DNA of 64,000 nucleotides from Oculina patagonica (Eukaryota): NCBI RefSeq assembly GCF_052425735.1, contig NC_135770.1:6262001-6326000 (forward strand), read 5' to 3'. The notes below the pieces were generated by a model. That model saw only the letters and a program-made list of their open reading frames with translations. It made no database searches and was not told the DNA's origin. Below are positions 48,601 to 60,400 of this stretch, piece by piece (positions within the stretch are counted from its first letter, which is position 1; every line of letters begins with the position of its first letter). A program made the position numbers and the translations under genes.

Positions 48601-51600
48601 GATGCAATAAAGTTCACAAAATAGGCCAGTAGAGAAGAAATCTTTGGATTGGTTTTCAGATCCCTTAGAGCCACCTGTGAAAAAGAGGAAGCCGAGCAAT
48701 TATTCTTACATTTTCTCTTAGGCCCCTTCTCTTTTAAGGCACCACTTTTAAAAGGTCTTGAAAAGACTCCCCCCTCCTCCTTCACTTCAGGATGTAAACA
48801 TGTCAAATATCATTCTTCTTGCGCATGGGTATGTCACTGTGGTAAAGCTACCATGCCATTTAAAAGTACAATCATGTAGGTTACCATAGATGGTGATGAT
48901 TAATTAACAAAATAAATATCTCTTTGCAGTTTATAACTGGAAAATTCCTACCTTGCTGCATTGCTCCTCATCACCTAAAACAGCTTTTGTTATCTGTTCA
49001 TAGTAACTCAAACAGGCCTACAATGAGTAGAAACAATTGATGGTTTAAATACAACAACAACAACAACAATAAAATATGTCAGAGAGCAAAATATATTATA
49101 TAGCTGGCTTGGGATGTTACATGCAAGAAAATAGCTCATCTAGAAGTGTGATCATCCAGTTGAGGGTAGCCCTAAAATAGACTGTTGTTATGATTGCAAA
49201 GTTCTGACTAATTCAATGACTTGAGTGAAAGTCATCATTAGAGTCTGCTCCAGTTGACCCAACAACATTCCTTTTCAGTAGTACCCTCAGCACAACAATC
49301 ACACTTGACAATAAAACTACCAAATGCCTGCTCCTTGGTTCAAGCCACTCCTTATAACCAAAGAAAACAAAACTATTACACCAACTCACCTCTGAGAGGG
49401 TATGCTGCACAACTCCAGCTTCACTGACATTGTTAACTCGACCTAGTTTCACAGAAAAGAGAATAAAAACACAACAAAATATATAAGGCGAAAATGAAAT
49501 TAAATGTACACAATTCACCAGCTCATGGTGTTTGCCAGCCAGCTTCTCTAATCTCAGAAATTCATGGCATTAGGCAGAATTTTTCTTCATCTGGTAAAGA
49601 ACTTAGTCATCAGTATCAACTTACCACCATTTTGCTGAGCATGACCTCCTGCAGCCGGGGAACCCTCAGTCGGAAGCCAATAAGCTGCAGAAATAACAGA
49701 GGGTTGGGGTTTTAGACACTGTCAGTTGTTTTTGTGCTCTTATGAGGACCTGTTAAGGGTAAATTCCGACAGGCCATATGGCTCTGAAACGGCGACATGA
49801 AGGAGCTGAAATGACGACGAACGACGAGATGCTCCCGTGAAATAACGACTGCGACAAAGAAAAAAGCAAAATCGACAGCGACATTGGCGCTTTTTAAAGT
49901 GGCTTGTACTGATGTAGGCAAAATAGCCTGACCTTGTAAAGACCATTCTCGTGCATTGAACGACTGCAATCTTACTGCAATCTTAGTTCATTTTTAGGCT
50001 GCTTAAGTTAAGTAACTACATAATGATCCATCATTCTGAAAATAATTCACTCCATGTTCTCTTTGTACCTGCTCAGAATAAAGGAAAACAGGTCTAAGCT
50101 ACTTCAGTTTTTCAAAATTTTCTGGGGGAGCATGCCCCCCGACCCCCCTAGGAAGGTGTCTCCTTCATCTGTGCCAACAGATCTAATTGAGATATCCAAG
50201 AATAGGGAATATTTGGGCGACAGAACTACGAGAACGCATTATTTTAGGTTATGCACTCCGGACTCAACCATTTCCGACAGCGACATGCGGACCTTTCGAA
50301 ATTGCGACATCAAAGGGTTTAAAATTCAGACGGGGGACATGAAGACCCCCCTAACAGGGCCTCTTTTATATGGTGCATGTGATCTATACAGCAACCCACT
50401 GATCCAGTCTTGAATTTTAATCATTCACAGTCCAAAAAACAATGACTTGGTCCACAGCCTCAAACATAAACCTGATTTGGACTGAAACTTGTTAAGACTT
50501 AAGTGTAAGTCAACCACTCAACTCCTCTAGAGCTCAGTTCTGATTAACTACTTGGATCTTTATACTGCATTTTCTTACTTGCAAAAGGAAAGGAGGGATT
50601 GAAAGTGCACTGTAGATACATGTAAGCCTTTCCTTGCTCCAATTATTATAATGGAAGGGGGAATTTCCCTAAGACCTTCCTGTCTTGGATTTTTTTTTAG
50701 GTAAAATGAGGGAGACTGGATTCCCCCAAGCCCCTCCACTGAATTGTTCTTTCAAAATCAATTATTAACATATCACCTCATGAATTCTCGACCTCAGAGC
50801 GGTTTGTCCCTCTGGGGACACATGATTTGATTGGCTGGATTTAAACTATTTTAAAATCCCTTTGTTTGCATTTTATTTCTTGAAAATTCCCTTTGTCATT
50901 TGAGAGTTTAAAACAGTTAATTTGATTAGCGTGATTTGAAACTTCCTTTGTCAAAATCTAGCCAATCAAATCATGGTCCCCAGAGGCACTGTTTCTTGTG
51001 CACAGGCTCTGCCGGCTAAGAGGGACAAGCAGCTCTGGGGACAAGAATGCTTATCACCTTTGACTGTTCTCTGTCCAGGATCAGTGGGTATTGCCACATT
51101 CATTGCCAGCTCTCGCAGACCAATCTCCTTGTCTTCAACATAGAATATATCACCATCTTTAGTAGTGGTGCTGCGAAACAACATGTCCTCCAATGACCCA
51201 TAACCATAAATGGGCTGCGAAAAATTCAAAACAAACAATGAAGTTGTTTCCAGTGACAAAAAATACATTGTACATGTAACATGACAAAGCCATAAAGGGG
51301 TTCATTGAAGAGAAATGGGGAAGAGAGAGGAGCTTATTCAATTCATAAGCCAGTATAGGGCAAACTAATAAAGACTGTTGTAAGAGACCTTTTAATGTTT
51401 TATGTTTTCCATAAAACATCTCCACAAAGAAGGAACCAAAACGTTGTGTGGTGGGCAAAATAACTTTAAAAAGTACAAATGAAGTTGTAACTGGAAACTA
51501 ATGTTTTAAATCCTGACAGTGGCATTGGAAAGTGGAGAGGGGTGAAAGAGTTAGAGGGGTAGAGTGGAGCTTTCTAGAGAAAGGGGAGAGGGGGGAGGGG

Positions 51601-52069
51601 CTTAAAACAAAACAATCTGGACAGTGATCTCCCCCCCCCCCCCTCCCTTCACCAACTGTCCCGGTTTGGGTACGTACGACTATACAAAATTATGACGACC
51701 TCATCATTATACCAAAAAATAAAAAGACATGAAGCTTTGGTATCACCTCTGTGCTACTCGTTTCTAACGCTTTGTTGAAATCTTCACATGTGAGCCGCCT
51801 TCTCTTGGAATGCTTCATGAACTGCGATGCACTCTGTGTAAATCATTTCAAATAATCAAACGGAAGCTACATCAAATAACAAAAGTTGACCAGTAATCCG
51901 ATAGAATTAGGGCGCCTAACTGTACCTGAAGCGTCTCGCGAAGCCTGTAAGTTACATCTTCCGCAAGAGAACTTGCCAGGTCGTCCGTCAAACTTTGCAC
52001 GCCGAAAATTTCGGCGTACAATTTTACCGACTTGGGGGAGACTATTGCAAATTTGGAGTCGTCAGCCAT
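42698..52069 (-). CDS. TAF6L: TAF6-like RNA polymerase II p300/CBP-associated factor-associated factor 65 kDa subunit 6L (SAGA histone-fold subunit)
   Basis: Exons (minus): 52069-51926, 51833-51747, 51214-51058, 49684-49625, 49442-49390, 49017-48952, 48674-48597, 47570-47475, 46052-45928, 45411-45279, 44728-44600, 43492-42698. Motifs LAEDVTYRLRE..QFMKHSKRRRLT, GVK..SHDL.QL..LL, LAASLNP.NDHW.LRD.AA and RPFCSHYGAVVGL are TAF6L-type rather than TAF6-type. Confidence 0.92.
43526..44010. mobile_element. piggyBac-like non-autonomous element (TTAA..CCC termini); second copy at 58309-58724
   Basis: The two copies share ~400 bp, from cccctaa.gcgaatggtcttt to gcactcttaggggt. Confidence 0.65.
46706..47446. 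mobile_element. MITE (Harbinger-like GGGTGCGTTTC TIR)
   Basis: gggtgcgtttctttgggaaaatcc ... ggatttttcccaaagaaacgcaccc. Confidence 0.75.
48148..48551. mobile_element. Palindromic MITE (~130-bp arms)
   Basis: gccatgttcaaaacgagcagggactgggta ... tacccagtcccctgctcgttttgaacatggc. Confidence 0.8.
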
Positions 52070-52760
52070 GGCGTAGAATTTGATTCTCTTCTATCTGCGA
52101 AATGTCACCCCAAAAGTGTGGCCTAATCGATGAAATATTGTGAAATCAGTTTGACAAGAATTACGAAAAGAGACCTCCACCTGAGAGCGCCATGTTGGTT
52201 ACATTGGCCCACGGAGACTGGGGGAAAGCATAGGAATACCAGATTGCCAACAAATTTACTCAGTGACAAAATGGTCAAAAAACATCAAAATTTGTCTTGA
52301 AAAATTACTTCAAAATTCAGATTTATTATTAGAAGATAAAACTAAGCACGATTAAACGTTTATCAAAGCGTAAGTTTCAAACAAATTCTCGTGCTCTTTT
52401 TCCTGAATGGTTTGACAGAAATTAGATTGGGGTACCTGTGAATGTGGCATCTTGGATTGCGGGCGCATGTGTCTGCGCTCGTGAGTTGTTTCACATCTCA
52501 CGGGAGCTGACATTGTTCTCTGTCTCACATCATATTTCACACATAGACTCGGGTCTGGCTGTTCCCTGAAGCTCTACTCTAGTGGTAACTGATCTATATT
52601 TCTAAATTCTCCGTTTTATGTTATCCGTTTTAGAAGCGGTGCTTAGAAAGTGAACTTTGTACTTGTGCGTGCCCATGGGCAGGTCATTGAATGTTTTGTT
52701 TATTTGAATCAGAAAAAGGCAAATGCTTTTCTAATTATTTTTCAATTTTTTTCTTTCCAA
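52070..52760. promoter_or_regulatory. Putative bidirectional promoter between TAF6L and PC
   Basis: Head-to-head genes. The TAF6L ATG (52069) and a PC UTR exon (52764) are less than 700 bp apart. CCAAT/ATTGG motifs and a GCCATGTT (YY1-like) motif are present. Confidence 0.55.
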
Positions 52761-52763
52761 CAG

Positions 52764-52821
52764 GGCATGATCTCCCTTTGATCAAACTATCTTTTACTAG
52801 CAGACGTTCTCTTCGATCCAG
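52764..52821 (+). other. Probable non-coding 5'UTR exon of PC containing a 4-codon uORF (52767-52781)
   Basis: Long polypyrimidine tract plus caacag acceptor, strong cag|gtaagt donor, and ATG ATC TCC CTT TGA inside the exon. Confidence 0.55.
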
Positions 52822-54457
52822 GTAAGTTTATATTCAATGTTTATTTCACTGAAATACATCCGATCGAATGAATGAGTTTTATCATTACCCTTATTGACCC
52901 CTAGTGCCCTTGGCATATAAATATATTTTTGCTACACTGTATAAACGCTTTTCAACGATCACGCGCTCTGAACCGGTAATACGTATTGCAAATCGCATCC
53001 GTTTTGTTTTGACTTTTAAACTGCATAGTTTAGATGTATTTTTAATAGACGTGAAAACAATCATGACATAATTGTTTTCGTTCGTGGCAAATAGTGTTGG
53101 AAAATAAGTGAATTTCGAATTGGTTCATTCTTCTTTGTAAGAGGGGTGCCAAGAAAAGGTATGTCTAGACTGAAACACTGTAGATTATTGGGAAATAACT
53201 TAGGGATTTACAATTCGCTTGTCGTTTAATAAAACTGCGCTTCGGTTGGTTTTATCTCTGTAACATTGATCAGACTGACTAGTCGTGAGGTAATAATATT
53301 ATTGATAGAAAAGAAGAAGCCAGTATTAAATAATTAATAACAAGTCAAAATTTAAATTGTAGTAAAAATAAACAAGATTTCTTTTTGCTTGTAAAAAATG
53401 CTGTTAAAAGCATGGTCGTGTCTGGAAAGTTTTGCAAAATGTTGGGGTGAATAGAACAGATATTGTGTCCCAAATGCATGGTTGCAGGTATATGCATATA
53501 ATATTAAGTGATTTCTGAGAAGTCCATGAGGATCATGGAAACATGATATTGTTTTGGCCTAAAGATCGATATATACAGACCTCATGCTTACAAGATTTAG
53601 CCTGATTTCTTGTTTAGAAATTTATCATACACCAAAAGCTGTACACATGTACATGTATACAGTCTGTAGTGTATGTTGAAAGTGTACATAGTCTGACAAA
53701 GTACGGTATAAAAGGAGAAAATGTTCAGTGTTCAGATCTTGATAGTTGTGTAGTTTTCGCTTAGAAATGCTCAAGTTTTTGGACGTCAAAAGAGGGGTTT
53801 GCTAGTGAGGGGTAATGATTGGGAACTTTGCAAAATGGCAGGCTTGCAAAAAAAAGTCGGAGATGTTCAAAAACATTGCTGATGACAAGACAGTGACACA
53901 CAAAATTTTAATTTTGATAATTAAAACTTTGCAAGATGCCTATTTTTGCCACCCATTCGCCACCCTTGAATTCAGTAGCACACACTTCTGTATACAATGT
54001 AAACCTGGTATATATTAAGGTACTCTGTAGTTGTGATAGAGTTGCCACAGGTCAGGAAATGGTCAGGAAAAAAACTTTGTCAAGGTCAGGAAAACATCAA
54101 GGAACTTTATTTTGAATCAGGGAAATTGTCATATGGGAAAATCACCCCTGAATACATGTTGTAATACTATTGAAGGCTGTAAGAAATTTTCAGGTCAGTG
54201 TGATCTCAGTGAATCATTTTTTCTTTTGGAAATGGAGGCTGGAGGCTGCAACTATATATATGACATTTTGCATTTTTTGGTCAGGGAAATTTGATTTATA
54301 TCAGGGAAAAGTCAGGGAATTTTGAAAATGGATGTCTGTGGCAACCATGTGTAACCAACACCATTTTTTTATTTTTCTATATTTTTCAGGTTATTCCTCA
54401 TAAATTGTTAGATACACATACAAGGGTCAAGAAATTGACTGAAGTGCTGTCAGTAAA

Positions 54458-57400
54458 ATGTTACGAGTTCACGCTCCACGTTTCAAGAAAATCATACAAC
54501 AGCAGTTTACTTCAAGCAGTGGAATATGGTCCACCTGCCGTTACATCCATGCAGGAAAAAAGTTTGACCAGGGTCAAAAACCTGAGCCACGAAGGACTGA
54601 AATAAAGAAGCTCCTGGTTGCGAATCGTGGTGAAATTGCTATTAGAGTTTTCCGAGCCTCTGCTGAGGCTGGGATCAGGACTGTTGCCATTTACTCAGAA
54701 CAGGATGCTAATCAGATGCACAGACAAAAGGCCGATGAGGCATACCTCATCGGCAAGGGAATGCCCCCAGTTGCAGCTTATTTAAATATTCCAGAGATCA
54801 TAAAAATAGCAAAGGTAAGTGAGTGAATAAAGAAAGCAATATGGATTACCCCATTTGGCGGAATGACGGAATGGTGATATTATTGCCCTAACCAACAAAT
54901 AAAAGTTAACTGCAAGTAAACTGGTCAGAAAGCTAAAAAATGGCAAGCAAACCGGAGTAAAAGCTTACCACAAGCTAACTATGGTGAAGCTAACTGCAAG
55001 CAAACTAGTGACATTCAGTTATTCTGCCATTACCTTGAATAAATTAAAGTCAGTCTTGAAAGCAGTTTGTATTAAAAATGATTCTTGAAAGAGCTGACCC
55101 TGGCCAGAGTTAAATCCACACACTTTTTAAAACCTACAATGTAATGTTTAAGGTCGCTGAGCTCCACTTACAAGTATTTGTAAGAACCAAAAAAAATATA
55201 CACATGTAGTTTTTGTGTTTTTAAGAAAAACAACAATTTTTTTAAGTTTGAAAGTCGTGTTTCGACAGAGCGTCTGTCATCTTCAGTTGAATGGTTTACA
55301 AAGCACAGAGAGTTGAATAATAAGTAGTCAAAAAATGCTAATTAAGACTGAAGTATTAACAACAGAACGTGAAAATGTGTGAATTAGAAGGATAATTTTA
55401 GATTTACCGGTACATGGTGTAATTGCTGATTGAGGCAAGGTATAGTTCCTTTTGAATATGGATAGCCTCCTTTATCTTAAGTTGAAAGCTGGTAGAGGCG
55501 TAATCTAAAGTATGAAAGCCATCTATTGAACACAAGGAGTGACAACGTTCAGAATTCTGAAGGTGTTTGAAAATGTGAGAGGCCTTATCACTGGCTAAGT
55601 GCTCACGCACGTGTGTGGCAAAATGTCTGGTGGTTTCGCCAACATAACAGGCATAACAGCTCGCACATGCAAACTTATAAACCACATGCGAACGGAGACC
55701 GCCAGGGATAGGGTCTTTCACCCCAAAAAGATTACCGATCTTAAAAGAAGAAAAAACTAGTTTGATATCTAAATCATTACAATAGCGCTTAATTAGACAT
55801 TTCGCATTCTGTTGTTACTACTTGTCTTAATAAGGATTTTTTGTCTACTTTTGTATTCAACTCTCTGTGCTTTGTAAACCATTCAACTGAAGATGACAGA
55901 TGCTCTGTCGAAACATGTCTTTCAAACTTAAAAATTTTTTCGTTTTTCATAAAATCTTTATGTGTCTGCTGTTCTCAAGAGTTTTTGTGTTGTTGTTGAT
56001 TCAACATTATTCAATTATCTAGGAAACTGGAGCTGATGCCGTCCATCCAGGCTATGGGTTCCTCTCTGAAAGAGCCAACTTTGCCGAGGCCTGTGTCAAG
56101 AATGGCCTCATTTTCATTGGTCCATCGCCAGCAATAGTTAAAATGATGGGGGACAAAGTAGAAGCGCGAAGAGTAGCAGTAGAAGCTGGTGTCCCAGTGG
56201 TTCCTGGCACAGAGAACCCAATCCGAACAGCGGAAGAGGCCAAAGCCTTCTGTGAGGAGCATGGGCTGCCAGTCATTACTAAGGCGGCGTATGGAGGAGG
56301 AGGGCGTGGTATGAGAGTGATCCATAGAATGGAAGATGTTGAAGAGTTTTTCAATTTAGCCAGCAATGAAGCATATGCTGCTTTTGGTGATGGTTCAATG
56401 TTTATTGAAAAGTTTGTTGGTGAGTGTTATTATTTAATATTTTGAGTGACTGGTCCAATAATTTAAATATACATGACCTGGGTACAAACAAAGGTAGATA
56501 ATCCAGCTGGAATTGCTGTTATGATAGTCCTGGTTGTCCCAGCTGTCCTGGTTGTTCCGGTTCTCCCAGCTGTCCCGGTTATTCCAGTTGTCCCAGTTGT
56601 TTTAGCTGTCCCGGTTATCCCAGTTATCACAGTTGTCCCAGTTATCCCAGTTGTCCCAGATGTCCCAGTTGCCCTTGTTGTCACAGTTGTCCCGGTTGCC
56701 CCGGTTGCCCTGGTTGTCCCAATTGTCCCAGTTGTCCCAGCTGTCCCGGTTTTCCCAGCTGTCCCGGTTGTCCCAGCTTTCTTATTTTTACTCAGTTGTG
56801 CCAAGTGTCCTAACAGTCCCGGCTGGTCCAACTGTCCTCATTATCTGATTATTTGGTGTGCGTGATGTCAAGAAGTAATTAATATATAACAACTGTACCC
56901 AGTGACGTCACTTAGGACTTGTTATATGGAGCATGACCCATCCTATTCAAGGGGGAGTAGAAATACTTATAGTGGCTTCATGCTGCTGAAACCGGAATTA
57001 GCTCTCATTAGGGCCATTAGGCCCAAACACAGACTGTGCTCCGCAGTAACTGGGATAAGGTCTGGTGCCTATGGGACACTTCAGCCTTATGCTGACTTTA
57101 ACCTTTTTAACTTTTTCAGAAAAACCAAGACACATTGAGGTCCAAGTGATGGGCGATGCTTACAAGAATGTGGTGCACCTTTACGAAAGGGATTGCTCTG
57201 TCCAGAGACGTCACCAGAAGATCCTAGAGATTGCACCAGCTCCAGACTTAGCTCCTGAAATCAGAGACAGAATGACAAGGGATGCCATTACTTTGTGTAA
57301 GGCAGTGGGTTACGAGAATGCAGGGACAGTCGAGTTCCTGTTGGATCCAGAAGGAAATCATTACTTCATGGAAGTTAATGCACGACTACAAGTGGAACAC

Positions 57401-60400
57401 ACTGTGACGGAAGAGATAACAGGGTGAGTCTGTTACTCCTGACTGTAATATTGTTGAGTAGAAAATAATGTACTGTTGTCACTTGGCGTTCTTTTGGATT
57501 TGAATGTTTAAAGTGAGGTTACATGGCGTAAACTGTAATAGCCAAGACCTCTTTAGTTATGTATATAAATTACCCATTTCAGATCATTTGATGCTCTCAA
57601 GAGAATTGTTCCTTTGTCTATCTGGAAATTATTTATTCATTTTGAATTCATGTGAATTTATTTAAATTTGAAAGAAATATACTCAATGTAACACCACATG
57701 GTCTACAAATTAATGAGACAACAAACAAACAAAGGTAAAGAGGTTAATTCAGAGTTCAGGGGCAGATCTAGGGGGATTGTGTAGAGGGTGCACCCCACTA
57801 TTAACTTGGGTACTGATGAATCGTTGGGCCAGCCAGATAGAATGTTGAGAGATAGCCTTCCAAACTTTAAGCCCTTAATTCATGCCACCCACTGTACATG
57901 TACATGTAAGAGCTAGGATCCACTGGGGCTCAAAAATGGCTTTACTTTCAATTGTCGACTTGCAGTGTCGACCTGGTGAGAGCGCAAATTGGTGTTGCTG
58001 AGGGAAAAACTTTGGAAGAAATAGGACTGCGCCAAGAGGATATCAGAGTTACTGGATCAGCTCTTCAAGCTCGTATCACAACAGAAGATCCCGCTAATGA
58101 CTTCACACCAGATACAGGAAGGATTGAGGTACATGTAACTGTAAAAGTATTGTCGAAAATGCTTTTTGATTAAACTAAAAAGCCAATTGTCAAGGGTATT
58201 ATCTGCTTGACATCTCTGATGTGGCTTTTTGGTGAGATCAGATATAAGGTATTCTACCTACATGTACTGAGGTCTTATGGAGTATTAATTGTTCTCGGCC
58301 AGGGGTGCTCAACCCTTTATCCCCTAAGGCGAATGGTCTTTGTTCGTAAATTAAAAACTATAAACCTGCTATCATATATGATACATCATATGAAAGGTGT
58401 TGATCAGTATGTTTCATAAAACACTTGAATCAATGAGAAGGAAGTAATAGTTTTGAAAGAAATGGGTTAAAACGTTTAAAAGAAAAAGATTAAAAAGTTC
58501 GTTTCTCTCCCAGTTGTCCTAGTTGTCAGTTAACTAGTTAATTTCAGTAATGTTGCATATCACCTATGCGGCCAGGTAAAAAAGTTTTAAAAGTTATAGG
58601 GCTGGTCAATCAACAACTTTATGCTTTCAAAATGCAGTTCTTTGGAAGACAGGTTTGGTGTCAAAAATTCAAATAAATTGGACAAATATTGACACTATGT
58701 GCCAATTGACACTCTTAGGGGTTAAAGAGTTTAATAATAATAACAGTCAATAATTTGGAACATAATTTACCTTTTTGTACTGTATAGAGACTGAGGATTT
58801 CATTTTTTGTTATCAGTGAAAGCTTGTCCACTGATCATAAAATTATTAAAAACAAATAACACCATAAGTCTTGTCTCATGGTGAACAAAATCGAAAACTG
58901 GATCAAACTTTTCCCAGTCTACTGCAATCTCATGTTCGGCTTTGTTATCTTCACGATGTAGGTTTTCCGCACTGGAGAAGGAATGGGAATTCGTCTGGAT
59001 GGAAGTTCCATGTTCCCAGGTGCTGTGGTCTCTCCTCACTACGACTCACTCTTGACTAAAGTTATCAGTCACGGTGCAAATCACAGAGATGCCGCAACCA
59101 AGCTGCTCAGGGCACTGCGTGAGTTCAGAATTAGAGGTGTCAAGGTATGAAATCCTCTCAATCTATATTTTTGCTTTTAAAAATTAATATCAATTATCAT
59201 GTGAACGGTTACAATCATGTATCTGTGTCTTCAAAATGGTCCACACTTAAATTAATTTTTGCATCATGCAGGCTTGGTGACTATAGCAGAATTGTTTCTC
59301 TCCCTGGATGGGTTGTTAGTCCAATGCCAGGTTACCCTCAGCATTTTGTCACATTGCCCTTTACTTACGGCCTCAGATTCAAAACTTAATCGCAAAGCTT
59401 CATCTTGTATTAAATCGAATACATGTCAATGAATTAACTCCCTTCACTAATTACAACTACAAAAAATTCGTTTTATACGGGCATGCCATTGTGAGAAAAA
59501 AAACCAACATAACACGAGCTTATATAAAAATATCGCTCTGGCACACACATGCTAATTTTATGAAAATGGTGTCTCCTGTGTCGAACATTTTATACAGCCC
59601 AATGAGAAACGTGAAATCAACTCTCGATACGATACGCAAAACAATCCATCCATAAGCGAAACTATTTTGAATATCACCAGCTTGAGACTTCAGCGCTGTA
59701 CTGCTAGTGCACTCGAGAGAAACGGGACTCGTCTCGAGAGAAACGAGATTCGTCTCGAGAGAAACGAGTCGCGTCTCGAGCGAAACGAGACACGTCTCGA
59801 GCGAAACGAGATTCGTCTCGAGAGAAACGAGATTCGTCTCGAGAGAAACGAGACACGTCTCGAGCGAACCGAGACACGTCTCGAGCGAAACGAGATTCGT
59901 CTCCAGAGAAACGAGATTCGTCTCCAGAGAAACAAGACGCGTCTCGCGAGACGGTAGTAAATTACTTACTTTGGAGCGGTACTGTATTCTGTAGTTGCTT
60001 CATGCTACAGCGGAATGAACTGTGAGCTAGTTGGGCTTAAAAGTCTTTACTTTTTTAACGCCTTCTTCTCAGTTGCACTGGCTGTGTGCAACCCGAGATT
60101 CCTAACCCTGATAGATTAAATAATTTTCCTGTAATTGCCGCATGGTCAACCATTGTTGAAATAATTTTTAAAGAAAGATAAATCATTCTTTGTTTTTTTT
60201 TTTTGCAGACCAATATTCCTTTCTTAATGAATTGTCTCAAACAAGAAGATTTCCTTGGAGGGGCTGTCACCACCGATTTCATTCTCAACAAACCAGAGTT
60301 ACTGAAGGTGGAACGAGGCCAAAACCGCGCACAAAAACTACTTCAATATCTTGGAAATGTGATGGTTAATGGACCCTGTACACCTTTGGCGACTGGACTG

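Noticed and set aside
56463-56865. Thr/Gly-rich and Val/Pro-rich ORFs resembling antifreeze, mucin or elastin proteins
   Set aside because: These are translations of an intronic 9-bp minisatellite, open in several frames, with no splice support.
59667-59994. Repetitive ORFs (LERNEIR)n and a CRISPR-like appearance
   Set aside because: Contiguous 21-bp tandem units with no unique spacers and no cas genes, inside a PC intron. The ORFs are by-products of the repeat.
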